The notes below the pieces were generated by a model. It had not been told where the DNA came from. It was given only the letters and a program-made list of their open reading frames with translations, and did not search any database. A program made the translations under genes and the position numbers. This document shows positions 28,413 through 38,393 of a stretch of 45,440 nucleotides of DNA, in pieces. Position 1 is the first letter of the stretch; every line of letters starts with the position of its first letter. The DNA is from Streptosporangiaceae bacterium (GTDB lineage Bacteria; Actinomycetota; Actinomycetes; Streptosporangiales; Streptosporangiaceae), in assembly GCA_030038015.1 (NCBI GenBank), contig JASHPR010000593.1, positions 1-45,440 of the forward strand, given 5' to 3'.

Positions 28413-29468
28413 TCAGCCGCGTCCACCAGCGCCCTCCCCATCGCCCGAGCTGAACTGCAGCTTGCCACACCGGCGCTGGCCGCGGATACCGCCCGGCAGG
28501 TTCGTCCAGCGCTGCCCGCGCCAGCCGGTCACCAGGGCCTCGAGCCCGGCGACATGGCCGGCGGTGAGCGCGCCCGGCGGGCAGCCGGCCGCGATGGCCG
28601 CGTTCCGCAGCACCCGCGACCTGACCGCCGGCGGCAGCGCCGCCAGGGCCCCGATCGGCAGCCCGGCGCCGGCCGGGTCTATCCGTTCTGCCTCTGTCCT
28701 TGCCAGCGCGTCGAGGAAGTCCGCATCGCTGCGCAGCAGGCGGGCGCTGCGCGCGAGCGCCTCGGTCACGCCGGGCCCCAGCTCCGCCTCGAGCACCGGG
28801 AGCACCGTGTGGCGGACCCGCGCGCGGGCGTAGCCGGGGTCGGCGTTCTGCGGGTCTTCCCACGGCTCGAGGCCCAGCGCCGCGCAGGCGGCCCTGGTCG
28901 TGGCCCGGCTGACCCCGAGCAGGGGGCGCAGGCGGCAGCCGTTGCGCTCGGGCATCCCGGCCAGGGAGCGCGCCCCCGAGCCGCGCGCCAGGCCAAGCAG
29001 CACGGTCTCCGCCTGGTCGTCCATGGTGTGGCCGAGCAGGATCGCCGCCGCGCCGGACGTGCCGGCGGCCCGGTCGAGCGCCAGGTACCTGGCCTCCCTG
29101 GCGGCCGCCTCGGGGCCCGGCCAGCCCTGGCCGGAGCCCGCATCCCCGGCATTCCGGGCGCTCCGGGCGCCCGGGCGGGCGACGGCGATGCCAACGCTCA
29201 GCACCGGATCGAGGCCCAAGGCGGCCAGCTCCTTGGCCACCCGCAAGGCCCGCTCCGCCGACCCTTCCTGCAGGCCGTGGTCCACGGTGACGCCGCCGCC
29301 GCGCAGCCCCATCCTGGGCGCCTCGAATGCCAGCGCCGCGGCCAGGGCCAGCGAGTCCGCGCCGCCCGAGCAGGCCGCCAGCACCAGGTCGCCCGGGGCC
29401 AGGCCGGCTCCGGACAGGCAGCGGCGCACCGCCAGGCGGACCCCGGCGACGGCGGGGTGGGGGCCCAT
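28413..29468 (-). CDS. tilS: tRNA(Ile)-lysidine synthetase
   Basis: ORF 28413..29636. Start moved to ATG 29468 ([16 protein letters not shown]). PP-loop [12 protein letters not shown], and [17 protein letters not shown]. Confidence 0.9.
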   Translation of the reverse strand: MGPHPAVAGVRLAVRRCLSGAGLAPGDLVLAACSGGADSLALAAALAFEAPRMGLRGGGVTVDHGLQEGSAERALRVAKELAALGLDPVLSVGIAVARPGARSARNAGDAGSGQGWPGPEAAAREARYLALDRAAGTSGAAAILLGHTMDDQAETVLLGLARGSGARSLAGMPERNGCRLRPLLGVSRATTRAACAALGLEPWEDPQNADPGYARARVRHTVLPVLEAELGPGVTEALARSARLLRSDADFLDALARTEAERIDPAGAGLPIGALAALPPAVRSRVLRNAAIAAGCPPGALTAGHVAGLEALVTGWRGQRWTNLPGGIRGQRRCGKLQFSSGDGEGAGGRG

Positions 29469-29547
29469 CGCCGGGTCACCTGCCCCGCGGGGCGTGCCCC
29501 GCGGCCGAGGGCTGACCGGGGGCCGTCCCCCCTGGGGCGGGCATGGC

Positions 29548-30681
29548 TCAGCCCGCGGCAGCGCCGCTGCCGTCCATCCCGTGGCTGCCGCTGCCGCCCA
29601 CCCGTTCCAGCCAGGCCGGCGGGTTGGTGATCTCATCCCTGGTCGGGAGCGTCTCCGGGGAGGTCCAGACCTTGTTGAACACTCCCATCCCCGCCTCTTC
29701 CACGACGTTCCTGACGAAGTGCGACCCCTGCTCGTACTGCTTCATCTTCAGGTCGATGCCAAGGATCCTGCGGATCGCCTGCTCGATGCGGCCGCCGCTG
29801 ATCCGCCGGGCGGAGAACTTGGCCCTGATCTCGGCCACCGACGGCACCACCCTCGGGCCCACCGCGTCCATCACATAGTCGCCGTGGCCTTCCACCAGCG
29901 TCATCACGGCGGTCAGCCGGTCCAGGATCTCGCGCTGGCGCGGCGTCTGGATCGCCTCGATCAGGCTCTCGCCGCTGCCGCGAACCGCGCCGGCCACCGC
30001 GTCAGCCGCCGACCGCAGCCGGTCCAGGATCGAGGCCGGGTCCAGGTCCGAGGCCAGCAGGAATTCCGTCATCTGCTGCTGCACGTAGGGGCGGAGCCAG
30101 GGCACCGAGGTGAACTGGGTCCGGTGCGTCTCCTCGTGCAGGCACACCCAGCGCCTGAAATCGTGCGGGTCGACGCCGAGCTCGCGCTCCACCATCACGA
30201 TGTTCGGCGCGACCAGGGTCAGCCTGCCCGCCGGGGCATCGGCGGCGCCACGCTCCGGGGCGTCCGGGTCCGGCGGCAGGAACAGCTCGTACTGGCCGAG
30301 CACCCGGCCGGCCAGGTAGGCGAGGATCAGGCCCGCCTGCATGCCGGTGACCCGGGATCCCACGGCCGTGATCACCGAGCCGGGGGGCGGCGCCTGGCCC
30401 CGCTGCTGCATGTGCTCGACCAGCGGGTCGAGCACCACCCGGAAGCCGTCGACGTTCGCCCGGATCCACCCGGGCCGGTCGACGACCGCCACCTTGCCGC
30501 CGTCGGGCGAGCCGGGCAGCCCGGTGACCTCGTGCACGGGCTCCTGGACGGCGGCCGCGAGGCTGCGCAGCTCGGCGACCACCTTCCTGGCCTCGGCCAT
30601 GCTCACAGCGGGCCCGGGCCGTGCCCACCTGACTCCGGTTGACGTGGCGACGTTCCAGTCGATCATCTGAGAGCTGCTCAC
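29548..30681 (-). CDS. zinc-dependent metalloprotease (DUF2342 / Rv3626c-like)
   Basis: 377 aa. HExxH site in [18 protein letters not shown]. Conserved position between dacB and tilS. Confidence 0.8.
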   Translation of the reverse strand: MSSSQMIDWNVATSTGVRWARPGPAVSMAEARKVVAELRSLAAAVQEPVHEVTGLPGSPDGGKVAVVDRPGWIRANVDGFRVVLDPLVEHMQQRGQAPPPGSVITAVGSRVTGMQAGLILAYLAGRVLGQYELFLPPDPDAPERGAADAPAGRLTLVAPNIVMVERELGVDPHDFRRWVCLHEETHRTQFTSVPWLRPYVQQQMTEFLLASDLDPASILDRLRSAADAVAGAVRGSGESLIEAIQTPRQREILDRLTAVMTLVEGHGDYVMDAVGPRVVPSVAEIRAKFSARRISGGRIEQAIRRILGIDLKMKQYEQGSHFVRNVVEEAGMGVFNKVWTSPETLPTRDEITNPPAWLERVGGSGSHGMDGSGAAAG

Positions 30682-30730
30682 CCTTCCACCGTACGTTGGC
30701 CGCGAGGGTGGCTCACGCCCGGGCGAGCGC

Positions 30731-32191
30731 TCAGCTGCATCCGCAGCCGGCCAGGGCGGTCGCCAGCATGATCAGGCCGGAGGCCCCGGCGACCAGGCCG
30801 CCGCTCGGCAGCTGGTCGGCCATGAAGGCGAACGCGAACAGCTGGCCGTCCCTGGCCGCCGCGAGCCCGGCCAGGGACACCACGGTGGACAGGTTGCCAG
30901 TCTTCGCCCGCACCACGCCGAGCCCGGCCTGCCCCACCTCAGGGAAGACGCTGCCGCCGGGGGCCAGCGTGCCGGAGAACCCGGCCACCGGCAGGCTGGT
31001 GATGACGGCCCTCAGCCCGGGCCGGGCGGGCGAGGCGGCCAGGCGGATCAGCTGCACCAGCACGTCGGGCGTGATCTGGTCCAGCGGCGACAGGCCGCTC
31101 CCGTCGACCAGGTGGATCCCGCCGCTGATGCCCAGCGTGCGGAGCACCGCGATCTCGGCCGCGGCCGCGCCGCTGAACGAGGCGGGCCGCCCGGTGGCGA
31201 TCGCGACCTGCCTGGCCAGGTTCTCCGCGATCACGTTGTTGCTCTCGGTGAGCATCCAGTCGACGATCTCGGCCAGCGGCGGCGACGACACCGCGGCGAT
31301 GGTGGCGGCGCCGCGGGGCGCCGCCACCTGGCCCACCGCCCCGCGGACCCGGATGCCGTCGCCGGACAGGAAGGAGGCGAAGGCCTGCGCGGCATCGGCC
31401 GCCGGGGTGAACGTGCGGGCCCGGTAGTTGTTGGGGACGTCCGCGTCCTGCGGCGCGCCGCTGGCGGTCAGCCTGCCCTGGTCCACCTCGAGCGACTCGA
31501 TCGGGGTGACGTTGCCCGTGGTCACGTAGCTGTCCGGCCAGCCGGGCGCCATGAGCGGGCCGGTGAACAGGGACGTGTCGTAGCCGAGCCGCACCGAGCG
31601 GGTCCCCCTGGCCCGCAGTGCCCGTGCCGTCTGCGCGGCGAGCGACGCCAGCGTGGCCGGCTGGGGATAGTCGGAGGCCGGCGGGTGCCCGGCGGCCAGC
31701 GTGGGATCGCCGCCGCCGACGAGGACGATCGACGAAGGCGCCTGGCCGGCCACCACCCTGGTGGTGAACGTGGCCGCGGGGCCGAGCACGTTCAGTGCGG
31801 CGACCGCGACCGCGAGCTTGGCGGTGGAGGCGGGGGCAAAGCCCGAGCTGGCGTCCTGGGAGAGCAGCACCTGGCCGGAGGACAGATCGTCGACCACGGC
31901 GCCGACATGCGAGCCGAGCGCGGCCGAGGCGAGAAGCGGGGAGAGCGCGGCGGCCACGCCCGCGGCGGTGGCCGGGCCTTCGGCCAGCGGCACGGGAGCG
32001 AGCACCGGGCCGGCCGTGGCGAGGCTGCGGCTGCCAACCGTGGGCAGGCGCCACAGCGCCAGCCGCGGCGGCAGCATCCGCGCCACGGCCACCCCGGCGC
32101 TGATCGTGAACACGCTGAGCAGGGCCAGCAGCACCGTCGCTGCGCGACGGAACCGGCGCACCGGCTTACCTCCCATCCCGGAATGCTGCAT
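30731..32191 (-). CDS. dacB: D-alanyl-D-alanine carboxypeptidase/endopeptidase (PBP4, S13 family)
   Basis: 486 aa. Signal/TM segment [23 protein letters not shown]. SxxK (STAKL), SxN (ESNNV), KTG (AKTGNL). Confidence 0.9.
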   Translation of the reverse strand: MQHSGMGGKPVRRFRRAATVLLALLSVFTISAGVAVARMLPPRLALWRLPTVGSRSLATAGPVLAPVPLAEGPATAAGVAAALSPLLASAALGSHVGAVVDDLSSGQVLLSQDASSGFAPASTAKLAVAVAALNVLGPAATFTTRVVAGQAPSSIVLVGGGDPTLAAGHPPASDYPQPATLASLAAQTARALRARGTRSVRLGYDTSLFTGPLMAPGWPDSYVTTGNVTPIESLEVDQGRLTASGAPQDADVPNNYRARTFTPAADAAQAFASFLSGDGIRVRGAVGQVAAPRGAATIAAVSSPPLAEIVDWMLTESNNVIAENLARQVAIATGRPASFSGAAAAEIAVLRTLGISGGIHLVDGSGLSPLDQITPDVLVQLIRLAASPARPGLRAVITSLPVAGFSGTLAPGGSVFPEVGQAGLGVVRAKTGNLSTVVSLAGLAAARDGQLFAFAFMADQLPSGGLVAGASGLIMLATALAGCGCS

Positions 32192-32271
32192 TCCGCCCTA
32201 CGTTGGAGGAAACGAACCGGGTAGACATCGTGGTGACGGAGTCAATCATTACGTGGCCGAGAGGCGGAGTC

Positions 32272-32769
32272 GTGAACTTCGATGTGACCATCGAAATACC
32301 TAAGGGCCAGCGGAACAAGTACGAAATGGACCATAAAACCGGGAGGATCCGACTAGACAGGATGCTGTTCACCTCCACCCGGTACCCGGCCGACTACGGG
32401 TACATTGAGGGCACGCTGGCCGAGGACGGCGACCCGCTCGACGCGCTCGTGCTGCTGGAGGAGCCTACTTTCCCCGGGTGCCTGATCCGGTGCCGGGCGA
32501 TCGGCATGTTCCGGATGCGCGACGAGAACGGCCGCGACGACAAGGTCCTCACGGTCCCGGCGACCGACCCGCGGATGGCGCACCTCACCGACATCCAGGA
32601 CGTCTCCGAGTTCGACCTCCTGGAGATTCAGCATTTCTTCGAGGTCTACAAGGAGCTTGAGCCCGGCAAGCAGGTCGAGGCGGCCCGGTGGGTGGGCGCG
32701 GCCGAGGCCGTCGCCGAGATCGAGGCCTGCCGGCTGCGCCTGGCCGAATCCGGCGGGGAACTCCCCTGA
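32272..32769 (+). CDS. ppa: inorganic diphosphatase
   Basis: ORF 32203..32769. Start moved to GTG 32272 (GGCGGAG SD). The product then begins [30 protein letters not shown], matching the [12 protein letters not shown] start of mycobacterial Ppa. [10 protein letters not shown] motif present. Confidence 0.93.
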   Translation: MNFDVTIEIPKGQRNKYEMDHKTGRIRLDRMLFTSTRYPADYGYIEGTLAEDGDPLDALVLLEEPTFPGCLIRCRAIGMFRMRDENGRDDKVLTVPATDPRMAHLTDIQDVSEFDLLEIQHFFEVYKELEPGKQVEAARWVGAAEAVAEIEACRLRLAESGGELP

Positions 32770-32853
32770 GCGTGAGCTGAAGGGACGCAAGTCGCGCCCT
32801 GGTGATGAATGGGCGACACTGAGTAGTAATGCCTGGAGGCGCGAGGAGGTGCC

Positions 32854-33537
32854 GTGGAACACGCCGAAGAGATGCTGAGGCGGGCGCCGTTGTTCGAGGC
32901 CCTGGACGAGGAAGGGACCAGGGCGCTGCGCGCCGGGGTGACCGACGTCGCGCTGGTCAGGGGCGAGCGGCTCTTCGACGAGGGCGACGATGGCGACAGG
33001 CTCTACGTGGTGCTCGATGGCAAGATCAAGCTCACCAGGGCGTCGGCGGACGGCAGGGAGAACCTGATCAGCCTGGTCGGCCCGGGCGAGATGTTCGGCG
33101 AGCTCTCGCTGTTCGACCCGCGGCCGCGCACGATGAGCGCGTCGGCCGTCACCGACGTCCGCCTCGCCGCCCTGGCCCACGAGGACCTGCGGAGGTGGCT
33201 CACCGGGCGGCCGGACGTCGCCATGCACCTGCTCGCCGCGCTGGCGCGCAGGCTCCGGCGCACCAACGAGGTCATGTCCGACCTGGTCTTCACCGACGTG
33301 CCGGGCCGGGTCGCGAAGGCGCTGCTCGACCTGGCGGCGCGGTTCGGCACCCAGCAGGACGACGGCCTGCAGGTCAACCATGACCTCACCCAGGAGGAGC
33401 TGGCCCAGCTCGTCGGCGCGTCCAGGGAGACGGTCAACAAGGCGCTCGCCGACTTCGTCGCCCGCGGCTGGATACAGCTGCACCCCAAGTCAGTCCTGCT
33501 GCTGGACGCCGAGCGGCTGCGCAGGCGGGCCAGGTAA
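32854..33537 (+). CDS. crp: cAMP receptor protein, Crp/Fnr family transcriptional regulator
   Basis: 227 aa, GTG start after a GAGGAGG SD. cNMP domain GDRLYVVLDGKIKLTRASADGRENLISLVGPGEMFGELSLFDP. HTH ASRETVNKALADFVARGWI. Near-colinear with M. tuberculosis Rv3676 as I recall it. Confidence 0.93.
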   Translation: MEHAEEMLRRAPLFEALDEEGTRALRAGVTDVALVRGERLFDEGDDGDRLYVVLDGKIKLTRASADGRENLISLVGPGEMFGELSLFDPRPRTMSASAVTDVRLAALAHEDLRRWLTGRPDVAMHLLAALARRLRRTNEVMSDLVFTDVPGRVAKALLDLAARFGTQQDDGLQVNHDLTQEELAQLVGASRETVNKALADFVARGWIQLHPKSVLLLDAERLRRRAR

Positions 33538-34362
33538 CGCGCCCGGCAGCTCCAGGCCGGGCGGGAGTGCGCCGCGCTCGGCCAGGTACGCGAGCTGGGC
33601 CCGCACCGACCACTCGGCGAACGGCCACAGCGCGCGGTCCACGTCCGTGTAGACGTGCGCCACGATGCCGGCCAGCGTCCGGTTCCCCGCGGCGAGCGCG
33701 GCTTCCACCTGGGCGAGGCGTTCTGCCCGGTGCGCGATGTAGTAATCAAGCGCCTGCGCGGGCTCGGTGAGCAGCGGCCCGTGCCCGGGCAGCAGCGCGC
33801 GCAGGCCCAGCTCGTCCGCGAGAGCCCGCAGCCGGTCCAGGGACCGCAGGTAGTCGCCCAGGTTCCCGTCGCTCGCGATCACGGTCGTCCCGCGGCCGAG
33901 CACGGTGTCCCCGGTCAGCACGGCGCCGTCGGCCTCGATCAGCAGGGACACCGAGTCCGCGGTGTGCCCGGGCGTCCCGATCACGCGCACCTCGCAGCCG
34001 CCGGCGCGCACCGCATCCCCCGGCCCGAGCGCGGCCGCCGCCCCCAGCCGGTGCGCCGGGTCGACCGCGAGGACCGGGGCGCCGGTCAGCGCGGCCAGCC
34101 GCCGGGCGCCCCCCGAATGGTCCTCGTGGCCGTGGGTGAGCACGATCTTCTCGATGCGCCGGCCCGCGCCGGCCGCTGCCGCGCGCACGCGCCGCAGGTG
34201 CCCCTCGTCGTCCGGGCCCGGGTCCACGACAATCGCGGGCTCCGAGCCCGGCTCGCCGATCAGCCAGGTGTTGGTGCCGTCCAGGGTCATCAGCGACGGG
34301 TTCGGCGCGAGCACGCATCGCGCCCTGGCGGTGCCGGACCCGTCGATGCCTGCCCCGGTCAT
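33490..34362 (-). CDS. MBL-fold metallo-hydrolase (Rv3677c-like)
   Basis: 290 aa. THGHEDHSGGA motif, GTPGHTADS. SD GAGGGAGG upstream. The 3' end overlaps the crp 3' end by 48 nt (convergent). Confidence 0.85.
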   Translation of the reverse strand: MTGAGIDGSGTARARCVLAPNPSLMTLDGTNTWLIGEPGSEPAIVVDPGPDDEGHLRRVRAAAAGAGRRIEKIVLTHGHEDHSGGARRLAALTGAPVLAVDPAHRLGAAAALGPGDAVRAGGCEVRVIGTPGHTADSVSLLIEADGAVLTGDTVLGRGTTVIASDGNLGDYLRSLDRLRALADELGLRALLPGHGPLLTEPAQALDYYIAHRAERLAQVEAALAAGNRTLAGIVAHVYTDVDRALWPFAEWSVRAQLAYLAERGALPPGLELPGALPGPPAQPLGVQQQD

Positions 34363-34539
34363 TCATGGCCTCCCTCGCGGGCGCTTCGCTGGTCGTGCCG
34401 GAGGCGCGCCAGGGAGGCGCGGTGGGAGGCGGTCCTCGCCGCCGGGGCCCCACCCGCCTCCCCATCCCCCCTCACTGCGGCGCTGGGCCCGGCGGCTGCG
34501 GCGCCACCGGAGAGCGCGGCGAGGTTGACAAACGGTGTC

Positions 34540-35376
34540 TCACAACGGGTACTCCAGCTCGGCGGGGAGGGTCAGCCACACCGCGCCCTCGGCCACGCTC
34601 GCCTCCGGCAGCACCGGCCTGACCGTGCGCGGCGCCAGCGCCGCCGTGACGTCGGGGCACGCCGCGAGCTCGGCAAGGGTCACGGCGGTCGGCGGCCAGA
34701 GCACGATCTGCCTCGCCCGCCCCTGGGCGATCGCATCGGCCGGGCGCACCCAGGCCACCTCGGCCGCCTCGCCGCCGACGTCCCTGGTGCGCTGCTCGGG
34801 CGGCAGCGCGGCGGCGAAGAACCTGGCGTCGAAGCGGCGCTCCTCGATGACCGGGGTGATCCACCGCGACCAGGGCCTGAGCAGGTCGGAGCGGAGCACG
34901 AGGCTGCGCCGCGCGAGCATCTCGGCCAGCGAGAGCGAGCGGTCGAGCAGCGCCTGCCGGTCTGCCTCCCAGCCCGGCCCGGTGGTGTCCGCGACGACGG
35001 CATCGGCGGACGGCCCCGCCAGCAGCACACCGGACTCCTCGAACGTCTCCCGCACCGCGGCGCAGACGAGCGCGCGCGCGAGCTGTGGCGGGGCGTCGAA
35101 CACCTGGCCCCATTCGGCGGGATCCGGCCCCGCCCACGCCACCTGCTCGTCGGCGTCCCTGGCGTCGACCGACCCGCCGGGGAACACGAAGGCGCCGGGC
35201 GCGAACGCCATCGAGGACTTGCGGCGCAGCATGTAAACCTCGAGGCCGCCCGCGGCCGGGCGCAGCAGCATGACGGTCGCCGCGTCACGGGGCCAGGCGG
35301 GAGCCTGCTTGCCGGCGAGGACCTCGCGGGCCCGCTCGCCAAGCCGGCCGCCGATCCTGATCGCGCCTCCGCCCAC
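34540..35376 (-). CDS. NUDIX hydrolase
   Basis: 278 aa. Split NUDIX box FPGGSVD...AAVRETFEESGVLLA. Start uncertain. Confidence 0.8.
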   Translation of the reverse strand: MGGGAIRIGGRLGERAREVLAGKQAPAWPRDAATVMLLRPAAGGLEVYMLRRKSSMAFAPGAFVFPGGSVDARDADEQVAWAGPDPAEWGQVFDAPPQLARALVCAAVRETFEESGVLLAGPSADAVVADTTGPGWEADRQALLDRSLSLAEMLARRSLVLRSDLLRPWSRWITPVIEERRFDARFFAAALPPEQRTRDVGGEAAEVAWVRPADAIAQGRARQIVLWPPTAVTLAELAACPDVTAALAPRTVRPVLPEASVAEGAVWLTLPAELEYPL

Positions 35377-35408
35377 TCAGGTCCCCGCTCTCAAAATCCC
35401 CGCTCGCC

Positions 35409-35894
35409 TCACGTGTCCCGGACCTCGGCGATCAGCTCCACCTCGACCGGGGCGTTCAGCGGCAGCACCGCCATGCCGACCGCGCTCCTTGCGTGCCTGC
35501 CCGCCTCGCCGAACACCTCGATCAGCAGCTCGCTCGCGCCGTTGACCACCTGAGCCTGCTGGGTGAAGGTGGGCGCGCTCGCCACGAAGCCGGTCACCTT
35601 GACGATGCGCCGGATGCCGTCGAGCCCGCCGGCGACCGACGCCGCGGCGGCCAGCGCGTTGAGCGCGCAGGTCCTGGCGAGGGCGGCGGCCTCGGCCACG
35701 CCGACGTCGGCGCCGACCTTGCCGGTGGCCAGCAGCTCCCCGTCGACGACCGGCAGCTGCCCGGCGGTGTACACGTAGCCGCCGGTGCGCACCGCCGGCA
35801 GGTACGCGGCGACGGGGGGCGTCACCTCCGGCAGGGTGAGGCCGATCGCGGCGAGCCTGGCCCCGGGTGAGCCCCCGGGCTCCTCCGGGTTCAC
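35409..35894 (-). CDS. RidA family protein (Rv3678c-like)
   Basis: ORF 35409..36038. Start moved to GTG 35894, which overlaps the DUF4177 stop (GTGA). YVYTAGQLPVVDGELLATGKVG...RSAVGMAVLPLNAPVEVE. Confidence 0.85.
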   Translation of the reverse strand: MNPEEPGGSPGARLAAIGLTLPEVTPPVAAYLPAVRTGGYVYTAGQLPVVDGELLATGKVGADVGVAEAAALARTCALNALAAAASVAGGLDGIRRIVKVTGFVASAPTFTQQAQVVNGASELLIEVFGEAGRHARSAVGMAVLPLNAPVEVELIAEVRDT

Positions 35895-36046
35895 GACCGC
35901 TCCCGCTTCATGTACGCGACAAGCTGCTCGGGATTCGGCCCGGGAACGACCGCCACCAGCTCCCAGCCATCCTCGCCCCAGTTGTCCAGGATCTGCTTGG
36001 TGGCATGCACAAGCAGCGGAACCGTTGCATACTCCCACTTCGCCAT
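35891..36046 (-). CDS. DUF4177 domain small protein (51 aa)
   Basis: Below the ORF-track length cut-off, so translated by hand: MAKWEYATVPLLVHATKQILDNWGEDGWELVAVVPGPNPEQLVAYMKRERS*. About 82% GC3. Matches the MxKWEYxTVPL...DGWELV pattern of DUF4177 and the Rv3678A position. Confidence 0.75.
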   Translation of the reverse strand: MAKWEYATVPLLVHATKQILDNWGEDGWELVAVVPGPNPEQLVAYMKRERS

Positions 36047-36127
36047 AGCGGAACCATAGCGGGGACGCGCCAGCGGGCGGGCATCTCCCTGCGTATGGCC
36101 CGCGGACCCGGGCAGGCCTGGCCGGGG

Positions 36128-37183
36128 TTATGCCCCCGGACCGTCGGCCTGACCCGCAGGCGCGTCGCGCCGCTCCGCGGCCTTCCCGTCCGCCGCGCCG
36201 CCGGCCGCCGGGGCGGCGTCGGCCTGCTCCGCCGCGGTGCTCCCCTGCCCGGGCAGCTTGTCCAGGCTCGCGTCCTGCCCGGGAAGCTCGGGAACCGCCG
36301 GCGTTTCCGGGATCTCCAGCGGAGCCCCGCTGTGGATCGCCGCCTCTTCCTTCTCCACGTCCTCGCCGGCGAAGTCGGCCAGCGAGCTCTCATCGGGAAT
36401 GGGCCTGGCGGCCGCCTCGGGCGAGAACTTATCGAAGAACCTCAGCAGCTCGACCGGAACCGGCATAACCAGCGTGCTGTTGCGCTCCGCCGCCACCTCG
36501 ACCACGGTCTGCAGCAACCGCAGCTGCAGCGCGGCGGGGTCGCGGGCCATGACGTTGGCCGCCGCGGCCAGGCGCTTGGACGCCTGGTACTCACCGTCGG
36601 CGGTGATGATCCGCGCACGGCGTTCCCGCTCCGCCTCCGCCTGGCGCGACATGGACCGCTTCATGCCCTCCGGGAGCGAGACGTCCTTTATTTCGACCCG
36701 CTCTACCCGGATGCCCCATGGGCCTTCGGTCGGCTCGTCGATGATCCGGCGCAGCTCCCGGTTCACGCTCTCCCGCTCGGACAGCAGCTGGTCCATCTCA
36801 GACTGGCCGATGATCGAGCGCAGCGACGTCTGCGCCTGCTGGGAGATGGCAAACATGTAATTCTGGACGTTAATGGTCGCCTTGATCGGGTCAACCACCC
36901 GGAAGTAGACCACCGCGTCCACCCGGACGCTGACGTTGTCCCTGGTAATGCCCTCCTGCGCCGGGACCGCCATCGCGACGATCTGCATGTTGACCTTCTG
37001 CATCCGGTCGGTGATCGGATTGATGATGGTCAGTCCTGGCCCGCGCGTGCCTGGCAGCACCCTCCCCCACCTGAAAATGATGCCCTGCTCGTACTGCTGC
37101 ACTATCTTCAGGCCCCGGGCAGCGCCGATGGCGGCAATGACCAGCAATACGACCACGATGGCCACTATGGCTGCAACCATCAC
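36128..37183 (-). CDS. SPFH/Band 7 (stomatin-like) membrane protein
   Basis: 351 aa. N-terminal TM helix MMVAAIVAIVVVLLVIAAIGAA. SPFH core IVQQYEQGIIFRWGRV...TRDNVSVRVDAVVYFRV. Ala/Pro/Gly-rich disordered C-terminal tail. Confidence 0.88.
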   Translation of the reverse strand: MMVAAIVAIVVVLLVIAAIGAARGLKIVQQYEQGIIFRWGRVLPGTRGPGLTIINPITDRMQKVNMQIVAMAVPAQEGITRDNVSVRVDAVVYFRVVDPIKATINVQNYMFAISQQAQTSLRSIIGQSEMDQLLSERESVNRELRRIIDEPTEGPWGIRVERVEIKDVSLPEGMKRSMSRQAEAERERRARIITADGEYQASKRLAAAANVMARDPAALQLRLLQTVVEVAAERNSTLVMPVPVELLRFFDKFSPEAAARPIPDESSLADFAGEDVEKEEAAIHSGAPLEIPETPAVPELPGQDASLDKLPGQGSTAAEQADAAPAAGGAADGKAAERRDAPAGQADGPGA

Positions 37184-37379
37184 CTACACCTCTTCTCCGG
37201 TCACGGTCACGCCCCGTGCTTTCGCCCTAGCCTAGTGGTATTTCGGCGAGGCGCCAGAGATGACACCGCGGGCACCGGCGGGGGCGCCAGAGTGCGGCCA
37301 GGGGCCAGCGGGACGCAAGGGACGCGACACGCGGGCTCCGGGGGATCCGGGGTGCGCCGGCCCGGATAGCCTCCAAGGG

Positions 37380-38393
37380 GTGAGCACACGGGACACGGAC
37401 TGGGAAGGCGTGCGGCTGCACGTCGTCACCGGGAAGGGCGGGACCGGCAAGACCACGGTCGCCAGCGCCCTCGCCCTCGCGCTCGCGTCCGGCGGCAAGC
37501 GGGTGCTGCTGATGGAGGTGGAAGGCCGCCAGGGGATCGCCCAGGTCTTCGACTCCCCGCCGCTCCCCTACGAGGAGCGCAAGATCGCAGTGGGTCCGGC
37601 CGACAACGCGGAGCCAAGCGGTGATGTATACGCCCTTGTCGCTGACCCCGAGTCGGCGCTGCTGGAGTACCTCGAGATGTTCTACAACCTCCGGCACGCG
37701 GGCAGGGCGCTGACCAGGTTCGGCGTGATGGACTTCGCGACCACGATCGCTCCCGGCCTGCGCGACGTGCTGCTGACCGGGAAGGCAACCGAGGCTGTGC
37801 GCAGGAAGAAGGGCGGCAAGCTGGTCTACGACGCGGTCGTGATGGATGCCCCGCCCACCGGGCGGATCGGCAGGTTCCTCAACGTCACCTCGGAGGTGTC
37901 CGGGCTTGCCAGGGTCGGGCCGATCCGCAACCACGCCGACACCGTGCAGAAGGTCATCCATTCCCCGGAGACCGCCGTGCACTTCGTCACCACGCTGGAG
38001 GAGATGCCCGTCCAGGAGGCGCTGGACGGCATCGCCGAACTGCGCGACATGCCGGGCGGCGGGATCCAGGTCGGTGGCATCATGATCAACATGGTCCGCC
38101 CGCTGGAGCTGCCCCGCAGCCAGCTCAGGGACGTGGCCGCCGGGTCGGTCGACGAGCACGAGCTGGCGATCGGCCTGAAGGCCGCCGGCCTCGGCGACAG
38201 CGTGCGGCTGGCCGCGGACCTGGCGGCCGAGCTCACGGACGAGGCGGTGGCCGCCATCGGCCAGGAGGAAGAGCGGCGCAGGCTCGCCGAGGCAGCCCAG
38301 CCGCGCTACGACCTGCCGATGATCACCGATGGCATCGACCTGGCGGGCCTGTACCGGCTCGCGGCCGCGCTCCGCGATCAGGGAGCAGCGTGA
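37380..38393 (+). CDS. ArsA/Get3-like ATPase (Rv3679-type)
   Basis: ORF 37260..38393. Start moved to GTG 37380, giving 337 aa. P-loop VVTGKGGTGKTTVASALA. Followed by translational coupling to the next ATPase gene. Confidence 0.85.
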   Translation: MSTRDTDWEGVRLHVVTGKGGTGKTTVASALALALASGGKRVLLMEVEGRQGIAQVFDSPPLPYEERKIAVGPADNAEPSGDVYALVADPESALLEYLEMFYNLRHAGRALTRFGVMDFATTIAPGLRDVLLTGKATEAVRRKKGGKLVYDAVVMDAPPTGRIGRFLNVTSEVSGLARVGPIRNHADTVQKVIHSPETAVHFVTTLEEMPVQEALDGIAELRDMPGGGIQVGGIMINMVRPLELPRSQLRDVAAGSVDEHELAIGLKAAGLGDSVRLAADLAAELTDEAVAAIGQEEERRRLAEAAQPRYDLPMITDGIDLAGLYRLAAALRDQGAA

